Shown here: piece after piece, positions 1 through 8,426 of the stretch
Layout: each line of letters opens with the position of its first letter
Position numbering within the stretch: position 1 is the stretch's first letter
Origin: Anaerolineales bacterium
GTDB taxonomy: Bacteria; Chloroflexota; Anaerolineae; Anaerolineales; UBA4823
Assembly: GCA_036507795.1 (NCBI GenBank)
Contig: DATCIL010000029.1
Span: forward strand, 1-61,471
Direction: 5' to 3'
DNA: 61,471 nt
The notes under the pieces: model-generated
What the model was told of the DNA's origin: nothing
Databases searched by the model: none
The model's input: only the letters and a program-made list of their open reading frames with translations
Position numbers and translations under genes: made by a program

Positions 1-1875
1 CGAATTGATGAAATCACCGGTTCGCCAGCGATAAATTTCGGATACGCCGTATTGGACGATAGTAATCAAGCTGAGGCGGTGCTGTTCGCGGCCCTAAATC
101 TAGACTGGTTAAACCAGCTGGTGAACCGATCCCAACTGCCAGAAGAAGCTGCACTGATCATGCTGGACATTAACAGCACTGTGCTTGTGAACTATCCAAA
201 CCCCGATTGGGTCGGACAGAGATTACCAGAAGAGCCTTTAATCAATACGATCCTCGCAGAGAAAATTGGGACGGAAGCACTTCCGGGCCTGGACGGCGTT
301 GAACGCCTCTATGCTTTTGTGCCCGTGAGGAGCATCTCTGGAGATCAATTTTATATCGGTGTTGGTCTTTCTGGGGAGAGTGCATCGGCGCAGGCTAACC
401 AAATCCTGGTCCGCCAGCTTGCCGGTCTCGGCGCTGTATTTGTGCTTGCAATAGCGGCGGCCTGGATTGGCAGCGATTTATTTATCCTGCGACGCCTGGG
501 TGATATCCTGAAGGCAACCAAAAGGCTGGAGTCGGGAGAGTTGGAAGCCCGCACCGGCCTACCCTATGGTCAAGGCGAGTTCAGCCAGCTAGCGCGCGCT
601 TTTGATCAAATGGCAGACGCATTGGCTCAACGAGAGAAGGCGCATCGCCTGGCAGAGGCCGAGATTACCCGCCACAATCGCGATTTGGCCGCACTAAACA
701 CAATTACGGCCACGGTCAGCTCCTCCCTAGATTTACCGGAAGTATTAGAAAGCCTGAAACAGCTTTTGGTTGAACAGCTTAATGTTCCTGGCGGCATTAT
801 TTTTTTCTATAATGAGTTTGACGATTCGCTGCATATCGAAGCTGCCTGGGGGGTCCCCGCTACCATTTTGGCCGAATTTAAGCATCTCCCTGCCAACACG
901 CTACATTACGAGAAAATTGTCAGGAATAAAGAATCAGCTTTACGCAAGGATTTAGACCAGGTTATTCCTTTTTTGGTGCTTGGTCTGAAGGATTATCGCC
1001 CTAAATGGTTGAGTTACCTGAGCGTGCCATTAGTAGCGAAGGGCAGCGTACAGGGCGTGCTCGATGTGTTCAGCCAATCACCAATCGAATTTACAAAAGA
1101 ACATGTCTCGCTCTTTACGGCGCTGGCACAACAAGTCGGTGTGGCAATACAGAATGCCCGGCTATTTGAGCAAATTTCGACAGGTAGACGGCGATTACAG
1201 ATGCTCTCTCAAGAATTGTTGGAAGTGCAGGAAGCGGAACGACGCCATATTTCGAGAGAATTGCACGATGAGATCGGCCAAGCCCTAACAGCGGTAAAGG
1301 TAAATCTACAGGCTGCCCTGCGCATGACAGGAGCGTCCTCATTAAATCCCTATTTGGAAGAAAGCATTTCCGTGGTCGAACGCACATTGGAACAGGTCCG
1401 AAACCTGTCCTTGGATCTCCGCCCATCCATACTCGATGATCTGGGTGTGGTCGCAGCTGTCAGGTGGTATATTGATCGCCAGGCCAACCGGGCTGGTTTT
1501 AAAGCACATTTTAGAGCAGACCTGCCGAAACTGCGCCTGCCGTCCGATTTAGAAACAACTTGCTTCCGAATCGTCCAGGAGGCGGTGACGAATGCCGTCC
1601 GCCACTCACAGGCCAAGAATGTGTGGGTCGTACTCGAGCAGAGCAATTCCGCCGAGTTGGAGCTGATCATCCGGGATGATGGCGTTGGTTTCGATGTCAA
1701 TTCCGCCATGCAACGAGCGGCTGGTGACCTGAGTTTAGGCCTGTTAGGCATGCATGAACGCGCCGAACTGATGGGTGGCTGGGTGCAGATCAGCTCTGAT
1801 CTGGCAGGCGGCACCGAAATCCGGGCAGTTTTTCCCCTTGAGCGGATTAGACCAGAAGTGATGAAATCGGTTTAG
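1..1875 (+). CDS. Sensor histidine kinase (sensor - TM - HAMP - GAF - HisKA_3 - HATPase_c), 5-prime end outside the window
   Basis: Frame 1 is open from nt 1, with no stop before the TTG at 52, so the ORF is cut by the window edge. TM segment LAGLGAVFVLAIAAAWIGSDLFIL is followed by a HAMP-like stretch (FSQLARAFDQMADAL). H-box ERRHISRELHDEIGQALTAVK is typical of HisKA_3. ATPase boxes EAVTNAVRHS, IRDDGVGF and GLLGMHERAELMGG are present. Confidence 0.85.
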   Translation, partial: RIDEITGSPAINFGYAVLDDSNQAEAVLFAALNLDWLNQLVNRSQLPEEAALIMLDINSTVLVNYPNPDWVGQRLPEEPLINTILAEKIGTEALPGLDGVERLYAFVPVRSISGDQFYIGVGLSGESASAQANQILVRQLAGLGAVFVLAIAAAWIGSDLFILRRLGDILKATKRLESGELEARTGLPYGQGEFSQLARAFDQMADALAQREKAHRLAEAEITRHNRDLAALNTITATVSSSLDLPEVLESLKQLLVEQLNVPGGIIFFYNEFDDSLHIEAAWGVPATILAEFKHLPANTLHYEKIVRNKESALRKDLDQVIPFLVLGLKDYRPKWLSYLSVPLVAKGSVQGVLDVFSQSPIEFTKEHVSLFTALAQQVGVAIQNARLFEQISTGRRRLQMLSQELLEVQEAERRHISRELHDEIGQALTAVKVNLQAALRMTGASSLNPYLEESISVVERTLEQVRNLSLDLRPSILDDLGVVAAVRWYIDRQANRAGFKAHFRADLPKLRLPSDLETTCFRIVQEAVTNAVRHSQAKNVWVVLEQSNSAELELIIRDDGVGFDVNSAMQRAAGDLSLGLLGMHERAELMGGWVQISSDLAGGTEIRAVFPLERIRPEVMKSV

Positions 1876-1889
1876 CAGCCGTACAGCCT

Positions 1890-2567
1890 ATGACGAATAC
1901 CCGTCTGTTGCTTGCAGATGACCACACCCTGGTAAGAGGCGGAATTCGCGCTTTGCTCAACCAGATCGACGGGGTCCGGGTAGTTGCAGAGGCGAATGAC
2001 GGGCGCGAGGCGCTTGAGCTAATCGAGAAACTCCATCCCGACATCGTGCTCATGGATATCGCCATGTCCGGCATGAATGGCCTCGAAGCGACGATGCGCG
2101 CTACGAGAGACCATCCTGACCTGCGCATTATCATCCTCTCGATGCACACCAATGAAGAATATGTGCTTCAGGCGCTGCGGGCAGGCGCGGTCGGATATCT
2201 GTTGAAAGATGCCGGAATCGCAGAGCTTGAAATCGCCATCGAGGCCGTAAAACGGGGAGAGACCTACCTCAGCCCGCCAGTTTCAAAACATGTCATCGCC
2301 GATTATGTACGCAGGGTAGGTGCAGATACGGGCGGACAAGAACTGGAATCCCAACCACCACTAGAAAGACTTACTATGCGCCAACGCGAAATCCTGCAAC
2401 TGGTCGCGGAAGGACATACCACGCAAGAAATATCTCAGATCCTGAACATCAGTGTGAAAACCGTTGAGACACACCGCATGCAATTGATGGAGCGTTTGAA
2501 TATTCACGACATCGCAGGACTGGTAAGGTTTGCCATCCGAGTAGGCTTGATCTCGGCCGAAGAGTAA
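1890..2567 (+). CDS. NarL/LuxR-family response regulator (REC + LuxR HTH)
   Basis: Acceptor context DIVLMDIAMSGMNG. C-terminal HTH LTMRQREILQLVAEGHTTQEISQILNISVKTVETHR. Starts 14 nt after the kinase stop. Confidence 0.9.
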   Translation: MTNTRLLLADDHTLVRGGIRALLNQIDGVRVVAEANDGREALELIEKLHPDIVLMDIAMSGMNGLEATMRATRDHPDLRIIILSMHTNEEYVLQALRAGAVGYLLKDAGIAELEIAIEAVKRGETYLSPPVSKHVIADYVRRVGADTGGQELESQPPLERLTMRQREILQLVAEGHTTQEISQILNISVKTVETHRMQLMERLNIHDIAGLVRFAIRVGLISAEE

Positions 2568-2604
2568 TGCAGTCCAATTTGCTCCAATAAAGCAAATGCT
2601 TTCT

Positions 2605-2670
2605 CAGGTGTTTCCCTGCGGGGAACTCGGGGTTTTCCTGATTGCCGATCCGTAATATTAAGTTTATAAT
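2605..2670 (+). promoter_or_regulatory. Two phased direct repeats (GGTGTTTCCCTG-like) abutting a sigma-70-like promoter of the lone receiver gene
   Basis: The repeats are caggtgtttccctg (2605-2618) and cggggttttcctg (2628-2640), with TTTCC cores 23 bp apart. They are followed directly by TTGCCG (2642-2647), a 17-bp spacer and TATAAT (2665-2670). GGAG RBS at 2713-2716. Confidence 0.4.
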
Positions 2671-2721
2671 CTGGCAGCATTTGCCCCAAAAGGGGTGAGA
2701 TTACTTGATTATGGAGCATGA

Positions 2722-3117
2722 ATGAAAGCTATTAACACACTATTGGTGGATGACAACCCCGAATTCATCGAAGCTGCCAAGCGTTTCTTATCCTCAGAAA
2801 AGCACTTCAATGTCATTGGAACCGCCCTCTCAGGCCAGGAAGCCATTGACCAGGTTAAGAAACTCAAGCCAGACCTTGTATTGATCGACCTGGCAATGCC
2901 AGGTATGAACGGCCTGGAAGCCACACAACGCATTAAGAGCGAACCGGGCTGCCCCCGTGTGATTATCCTTACTTTGCACAACACGCCCGCCTACCGTGAA
3001 GCCAGCGATTCAGTTGGAGCGGACGGATTCGTCACAAAATCGGATTTCGGCGTCCGGCTGTTGCCTCTCATCGAGATAATGTTCGGCGAGGTTGAAAGCG
3101 CGATCCCAACCTCCTGA
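2722..3117 (+). CDS. Single-domain (CheY-like) response regulator receiver protein
   Basis: REC domain only: LLVDDNPEF, acceptor Asp in LVLIDLAMPGMNGLEAT, conserved Lys in GFVTKS. No output domain. Confidence 0.85.
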   Translation: MKAINTLLVDDNPEFIEAAKRFLSSEKHFNVIGTALSGQEAIDQVKKLKPDLVLIDLAMPGMNGLEATQRIKSEPGCPRVIILTLHNTPAYREASDSVGADGFVTKSDFGVRLLPLIEIMFGEVESAIPTS

Positions 3118-3140
3118 TCATTCCCCCAGTATTCGTATTG

Positions 3141-3168
3141 ACCCGGCCTCTGCGCCGGGTGTTTTTTT
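3141..3168 (+). terminator. Rho-independent terminator after the receiver gene
   Basis: Stem ACCCGGC / GCCGGGT (3141-3147 / 3154-3160), 6-nt loop, then G plus T7 (3162-3168). Confidence 0.6.
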
Positions 3169-3170
3169 CT

Positions 3171-3260
3171 AAGGTGTTTCCCTGATGTAAATTCAGGGTT
3201 TTCCCCGAACCGATTTCAGGTTTTCCCTCGATTGTTCCAAAAAAGATATCAAGATAAACT
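3171..3260 (+). promoter_or_regulatory. Three phased copies of the same direct repeat abutting a sigma-70-like promoter of prkA
   Basis: The repeats are aaggtgtttccctg (3171-3184), cagggttttccccg (3194-3207) and caggttttccctcg (3217-3230). TTTCCC cores at 3177, 3200 and 3222 give 23- and 22-bp phasing. They are followed by TTGTTC (3232-3237), a 17-bp spacer and TAAACT (3255-3260). Confidence 0.4.
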
Positions 3261-3332
3261 AATGATTAAATCGAAGCAGACTAGCTGTTAACTGGTTCGA
3301 TTCGAATGTCATACGCGTTCTGGAGGTTTTTG

Positions 3333-5381
3333 ATGAGCGAAAATCAATCGATTCTGGCAAAAGTCGGTCAAATGCAAGACCTGGCCAGCTACCGTGACCT
3401 GCACTGGGAGGGAAGTTTCGACGATTATCTCGAAATTGTCCGCCAGGATCCGGCAGTAACGCGAGCCGCCTACCAGCGTTTGTACGACATGATCATCTGG
3501 CATGGTTGTGAGGAATATACGCGTAACCGAGAAACGCTCATCCATTACAAGTTTTTCGATGACCCCTTTGAGGATGGCCGGGATGCAGTTTACGGTCTGG
3601 ACAAACCAATCATGGATCTGGTACGGATTTTTAACTCCGCGGCTCGCAAATACGGGACAGAAAGGCGCGTTCTCCTGCTGCATGGACCGGTTGGGACTGC
3701 GAAGAGCACCATTGTACGGTTGCTCAAAAAAGGGATTGAGGCATACACAAGGACCGAGGAAGGCCGTTTATACACTTTTTATTGGCAGACCGACGACGGC
3801 CAGCGAATGCCTTGCCCTATGCACGAAGAGCCCCTTCATCTGATCCCGTTTGAATTCCGCTCGACGCTTCTAGGTGAAATCAACAACCGCGAGCAAAATG
3901 GGACCGAACCGGTCACCATCGAAGGCGATCTTTGCCCAGCCTGTCGATATATGTTCAATGACCTTCTACAAAGTGAGGCTGGTAATTGGCTAAGGGTTGT
4001 TGAGAAAGTGCGTGTCAAACGCCTGCTCTTATCCGAAAAAGATCGGGTTGGGATTGGCACCTTCCAACCAAAAGATGAGAAAAACCAGGATTCCACCGAA
4101 TTGACCGGCGACATTAACTACCGCAAGATTGCCGAGTATGGCTCCGACTCTGATCCTCGCGCCTTCAATTTCGATGGCGAATTGAATATTGCTAATCGAG
4201 GTCTGGTGGAATTCATCGAGATCTTGAAGCTGGACGTAGCTTTCCTGTACGATCTTTTGACCGCGTCGCAGGAACACAAAATTAAACCCAAGAAATTTGC
4301 CCATACAGATATCGACGAAGTCATCTTAGGACATACCAACGAAGCAGAATACAGACGCCTTTTGAATAACGAATATATGGAGGCGCTGCGTGACCGGACA
4401 ATAAAAATTGATATCCCCTATGTTACCCGATTCAGCGACGAAGTAAGAATTTACAAGCGCGATTTCAACGAAAGGCGCGTGGTCGGCAAACATATCGCTC
4501 CCCACACTCTTGAAATTGCAGCACTATGGGCCGTGTTGAGTCGACTGGAAGAGCCAAAACGCGCTGGGTTAACCTTGCTGCAGAAACTCAAACTGTACGA
4601 TGGGCGCTCCTTACCCGGCTTCACGGAAGACAGCGTGCTGGAACTGCAGAACGAAACCAAAAACGAAGGGATGGTGGGCATCTCACCCCGCTACATCCAG
4701 GATAAGCTCTCTAACGTGCTGGTCAGCGATCAAAGCATAACCTGTGTCAACCCATTTATGTTGATGCGAGAGCTGGAAAGCGGATTAAAGCACCATTCTT
4801 TGATCACCAGCGAGGAGCAGCGCAAACGCTACCGCGAACTTCTAACAGTAATCAGGAGCGAGTACGATGAAATCGTCAAGAATGAGGTTCAAAGAGCAAT
4901 TACAGCCGATGAAGCTGCCATAAAGAGGCTGAGCGCCAACTATATCGATAACATCAAAGCGTATACGCAGAAGCAGAAAGTCCGCAACCAATACACCGGC
5001 CAGGACGAGCCTCCGGATGAGCGGTTAATGCGGTCAATCGAAGAGAAAATCGAGATTCCAGAAAGTCGAAAGGACGATTTCCGCCGAGAAATCATGAATT
5101 ACATCGGCGCCCTGGCAGTAGACGGCAAGTCCTTCAAATGGGATTCGAATGACCGGTTACGCCAGGCCCTGGAGATGAAGCTTTTCGAAGATCAGAAGGA
5201 TTCGATTAAACTAACGAGCCTGGTTTCGAACGTAATCGACAACGAGACGCAAGAGAAGATCGAGGTTGTAAAGGGGCGCATGATTAAAAATATGGGCTAC
5301 TGTGATGTGTGCTCAACAGATGTGCTCAACTACGTCGCCAGCATATTCGCCAGAGGTGACACCATCCGATCGGAGAATTAA
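3333..5381 (+). CDS. prkA: PrkA/YeaG-family AAA+ serine protein kinase
   Basis: N-terminal [12 protein letters not shown] block, Walker [10 protein letters not shown], about 680 aa as in PrkA/YeaG. I chose ATG 3333 because GGAGG lies 7 nt upstream. The track start 3306 is an upstream in-frame ATG. Confidence 0.9.
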   Translation: MSENQSILAKVGQMQDLASYRDLHWEGSFDDYLEIVRQDPAVTRAAYQRLYDMIIWHGCEEYTRNRETLIHYKFFDDPFEDGRDAVYGLDKPIMDLVRIFNSAARKYGTERRVLLLHGPVGTAKSTIVRLLKKGIEAYTRTEEGRLYTFYWQTDDGQRMPCPMHEEPLHLIPFEFRSTLLGEINNREQNGTEPVTIEGDLCPACRYMFNDLLQSEAGNWLRVVEKVRVKRLLLSEKDRVGIGTFQPKDEKNQDSTELTGDINYRKIAEYGSDSDPRAFNFDGELNIANRGLVEFIEILKLDVAFLYDLLTASQEHKIKPKKFAHTDIDEVILGHTNEAEYRRLLNNEYMEALRDRTIKIDIPYVTRFSDEVRIYKRDFNERRVVGKHIAPHTLEIAALWAVLSRLEEPKRAGLTLLQKLKLYDGRSLPGFTEDSVLELQNETKNEGMVGISPRYIQDKLSNVLVSDQSITCVNPFMLMRELESGLKHHSLITSEEQRKRYRELLTVIRSEYDEIVKNEVQRAITADEAAIKRLSANYIDNIKAYTQKQKVRNQYTGQDEPPDERLMRSIEEKIEIPESRKDDFRREIMNYIGALAVDGKSFKWDSNDRLRQALEMKLFEDQKDSIKLTSLVSNVIDNETQEKIEVVKGRMIKNMGYCDVCSTDVLNYVASIFARGDTIRSEN

Positions 5382-5392
5382 GGGACGAAGAT

Positions 5393-6487
5393 ATGGCTTT
5401 ATCAATCGAGAAGGATGCCAGCCGGTTCCGCAGGATCGTCCGGGGAAAAATTAAGCAGAATTTGCGAAAATATATGTCCAACGGCGAGTTGATCGGCCGT
5501 CAGGGGAAAGACATCGTAAGCATCCCGGTTCCTGAAATTCAGCTCCCTTACTTTCGCTTTGGCGGAAAGATCAAAGGTGTAGGACAGGGTGAGGGAGAGG
5601 ACGGAACACCGATCGGTAAAAACGGGGACAGCAGTGGAGGAGATAAAGCCGGAGACCAACCTGGCGCGCATATTCTGGAAGTTGAGGTAACCCTGGAAGA
5701 GCTGGCCCAGATTCTTGGCGAAGAACTAGAGCTGCCACGCATCGAGCCGAAAAGTAAGAACAACGTGGAAGGTCAGGTAACCCGTTATACCAGCATGCGA
5801 CGCGTTGGTCCTGAGAGCCTGAAATACTTCAAGCGTACTTACCGGGAAGCCCTTAAGAGACAGCTGGCTTCGGGAACTTATGATTACAAAAATCCCGCCA
5901 TCATCCCCATCAGGGATGACAAACGCTACCGTTCCTGGAAGGAATATCCCCGTCCGGATAGCAATGCGGTGATTATTTACATGATGGATGTTTCTGGAAG
6001 CATGTCTGACCGGAAGAAGGAATTGGTCAGATTAACCGCTTTTTGGATTGATACCTGGCTGCGAGCCAACTACAAAAACGTAACCACCCGCTATATCATC
6101 CACGATGCCATCGCGCACGAGGTGGATGCAAACGCGTTCTATTCGATCCGTGAGAGCGGAGGCACAAAAATCTCCTCAGCATACGACCTTTGCAGAAAGA
6201 TTATCCGCCATGACTACAACCCAGAGGCATGGAACCTGTACGCTTTTCATTTCTCTGACGGAGAGAATTTCGGAGCTGAAGACGACGAGCGCTGCATCCA
6301 GCTGCTGGAAGAAAAACTTCTGCCGGTACTAAACTTGTTCTGTTATGGACAAGTGAGGAGTTATTACGGCAAGCAATTCATCGATAATCTCGCAAAAATC
6401 GAAGACGAGAAACTGTCCATGGCAAAAATCAAGGATGATGAAGACATATACTCCGCCATACGAACGTTCCTCGGCAAAGGGCTTTAA
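5393..6487 (+). CDS. yeaH: DUF444 protein (YeaH/YhbH family, vWA-like)
   Basis: Starts 11 nt after the prkA stop. MIDAS-like block VIIYMMDVSGSMSD and the canonical position next to prkA. Confidence 0.85.
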   Translation: MALSIEKDASRFRRIVRGKIKQNLRKYMSNGELIGRQGKDIVSIPVPEIQLPYFRFGGKIKGVGQGEGEDGTPIGKNGDSSGGDKAGDQPGAHILEVEVTLEELAQILGEELELPRIEPKSKNNVEGQVTRYTSMRRVGPESLKYFKRTYREALKRQLASGTYDYKNPAIIPIRDDKRYRSWKEYPRPDSNAVIIYMMDVSGSMSDRKKELVRLTAFWIDTWLRANYKNVTTRYIIHDAIAHEVDANAFYSIRESGGTKISSAYDLCRKIIRHDYNPEAWNLYAFHFSDGENFGAEDDERCIQLLEEKLLPVLNLFCYGQVRSYYGKQFIDNLAKIEDEKLSMAKIKDDEDIYSAIRTFLGKGL

Positions 6488-6560
6488 TAACCAGATATAT
6501 CTTATAGGAATTAGACCGGCAAACAATTCCGCAGCCTTCGCCGGAATTGATTAGCCTGGA

Positions 6561-6586
6561 GGATGACAGCCCCACAGCTGTCATCC
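6561..6586 (+). other. Intercistronic 10-bp perfect stem-loop between yeaH and spoVR
   Basis: GGATGACAGC cccaca GCTGTCATCC. A second, weaker hairpin AATTCCG / CGGAATT lies at 6525-6548. No T-run follows either one. Confidence 0.4.
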
Positions 6587-6611
6587 CGCCATTATTAGAG
6601 AAGAGACCGCG

Positions 6612-8108
6612 ATGAACTTAATACCTCTGTCCATTGGATTGCAGAATTTACAGGCAACTTTGGAAGAATACGCCCGAGACTTCGGCCTGGACTTTTTCGA
6701 AACGCGTTTTCAAATGCTGGACTATGACATGCTGAACCAGGCAGCGGCTTATGATGGTTTCCCGGCGCGCTACCCTCACTGGCGTTTTGGCATGGAATAT
6801 GAGCGTCTGTCAAAATCATACTCCTATGGATTGCACCGAATTTATGAAATGGTGATCAATACGGATCCATGCTACGCTTACCTGCTGGCAAGCAACCAAT
6901 TGGTCGATCAAAAACTGGTCATGCTGCACGTCTTCGGACACAGCGACTTTTTCAAGAACAATATGTGGTTCGCGCACACGAACCGCAAGATGCTCGATGA
7001 AATGGCAAACCATGCGACCCGTGTCCGCCGGCATAGCGACCGGTATGGCATTGACCAGGTCGAAGATTTTATCGATGCTTGCCTTTCGCTGGACAACCTG
7101 ATCGACATTCATGCTGCTGGCATTCGCCGGCGCCCAATCAATGACGATGAGGGAACTGGCGAGCGGAGAGCGATCCATAAGATTCCGGCCAAGGATTATA
7201 TGGATGCCTTTATCAACCCGCGCGAATTCATTGAGCACCAGCAGCGCCAGTTGGAAGAGCAAGAAGAAAGGCGCCGGAAATTTCCGCTAGAACCGGAGCG
7301 GGATGTCCTGCTGTTCTTGCTGGAACATGCTCCCCTTGAAAACTGGCAGCACGATGTGCTGGATATCATCCGGGAGGAAGCTTATTATTTCAGCCCGCAA
7401 AGACAGACCAAGATTATGAATGAAGGATGGGCTTCTTACGTCCACTCAAAATTGATGACCGAGCGCGCTCTGGAACCCAACGAATTAATCGACTATGCGG
7501 AACATCATTCTGGCACGGTCGCAACCCATCCAGGAAGAATAAATCCCTATAAGATAGGGTTAGAGCTGTTTCGTGATATTGAAGATCGATGGAATCGCGG
7601 TGCCTTCGGCCCGAATTACGAGCGGTGCGACGATCTAGAGATCCGGCTGGAATGGGACAAAAAACTCGGCCTGGGTAAGGATAAGATCTTCGAGGTACGC
7701 AAGGTGTACAATGATATTGGCTTCATCGACGAGTTCTTAACAGAGGATTTCGCTAGGAGGCACAAACTCTTTACCTTCGACTACAACGATGTCACAGACC
7801 AGTATGAAATTTCCGGAAGGCGGTTTGCCGAGGTAAAACGCCGCTTATTATTTCAGCTAACCAATTTTGGACAACCGATTATTGAAGTTATCGACGGGAA
7901 TTATGGAAATCGCGGCGAACTTTATCTGGTCCACCGCTACGAGGGAGTAGACCTGGATATTCCATATGCCCAGGGCACATTACGCGGCTTGTATACCCTC
8001 TGGGGAAGACCAGTACATATCGAAACCGTTGTGGATAACGAAGTAAATATGTTATTTAGCTATGGTCCTGACGGGGATGGCCGGCAAAAACTTTCCGATG
8101 CATTATGA
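6612..8108 (+). CDS. spoVR: SpoVR/YcgB-family protein
   Basis: Conserved blocks HVFGHSDFFKNN and IMNEGWASYVH. It is the third member of the conserved prkA-DUF444-spoVR trio. Confidence 0.9.
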   Translation: MNLIPLSIGLQNLQATLEEYARDFGLDFFETRFQMLDYDMLNQAAAYDGFPARYPHWRFGMEYERLSKSYSYGLHRIYEMVINTDPCYAYLLASNQLVDQKLVMLHVFGHSDFFKNNMWFAHTNRKMLDEMANHATRVRRHSDRYGIDQVEDFIDACLSLDNLIDIHAAGIRRRPINDDEGTGERRAIHKIPAKDYMDAFINPREFIEHQQRQLEEQEERRRKFPLEPERDVLLFLLEHAPLENWQHDVLDIIREEAYYFSPQRQTKIMNEGWASYVHSKLMTERALEPNELIDYAEHHSGTVATHPGRINPYKIGLELFRDIEDRWNRGAFGPNYERCDDLEIRLEWDKKLGLGKDKIFEVRKVYNDIGFIDEFLTEDFARRHKLFTFDYNDVTDQYEISGRRFAEVKRRLLFQLTNFGQPIIEVIDGNYGNRGELYLVHRYEGVDLDIPYAQGTLRGLYTLWGRPVHIETVVDNEVNMLFSYGPDGDGRQKLSDAL

Positions 8109-8177
8109 TTTAAGTGGTGGGAAATTAGTCTAAACGTAAATTTAACATATAAACCAGCTGATAAATTCACATAACTG

Positions 8178-8206
8178 TTGACAGTCGCAGCCATTTGTTA
8201 TAAACT
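8178..8206 (+). promoter_or_regulatory. Sigma-70-like promoter of the ABC transporter operon
   Basis: TTGACA (8178-8183), 17-bp spacer, TAAACT (8201-8206). This implies a leader of about 215 nt before ATG 8427. Confidence 0.45.
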
Positions 8207-8220
8207 CTGGTTTGTTATCG

Positions 8221-8247
8221 GTCCTCCAGGCGTTTCGCGAGGAGGAC
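8221..8247 (+). promoter_or_regulatory. 5-prime leader stem-loop containing an anti-SD / SD-mimic pair
   Basis: GTCCTCC (8221-8227) pairs with GGAGGAC (8241-8247). The same GGAGGAC is the real Shine-Dalgarno at 8414-8420. Confidence 0.3.
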
Positions 8248-8426
8248 GACATCTTCAAAACAAGTGACTCGCAGGAGAAGTCAGCAATTTTGAGGAGGTG
8301 AATGCTCACGAATCCTTCAGATTGAGGGCGAATGTCAATATTAGGGCTGGCAACCCGCATCGGCTTGCAGACTTCGCCTACAACCAAACTCTCCAATCAT
8401 GCTCAATTCAACAGGAGGACGGAGAA

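Noticed and set aside
2672-2684. TGGCAGCATTTGC upstream of the receiver gene looked like a sigma-54 -24/-12 element.
   Set aside because: GG and GC are separated by 8 nt, not the 10 nt of the TGGCAC-N5-TTGC consensus. A good sigma-70-type TTGCCG-17-TATAAT promoter lies immediately upstream.
6561-6586. Possible common operator, because the half-site GACAGC/GCTGTC occurs both here and in the 55678-55715 palindrome.
   Set aside because: Only 6-7 nt are shared, the half-site spacing differs (6-nt gap versus abutting), and the contexts differ (intercistronic versus promoter). That is insufficient to claim one regulon.
8342-8358. TAGGGCTGGCAACCCGC in the ABC-transporter leader resembles the T-box core AGGGUGGNACCGCG.
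   Set aside because: The match needs several insertions. I could not find Stem I features (specifier loop, AG bulge, distal loop motifs) or a terminator or sequestrator of the expected form. I kept it only as an unclassified structured leader.
8298-8426. 43-codon N-terminal extension of the substrate-binding protein ORF in the track.
   Set aside because: The extension is non-hydrophobic and starts at a non-ATG codon. The signal peptide and lipobox begin right after Met 8427, which has a strong GGAGGA RBS.
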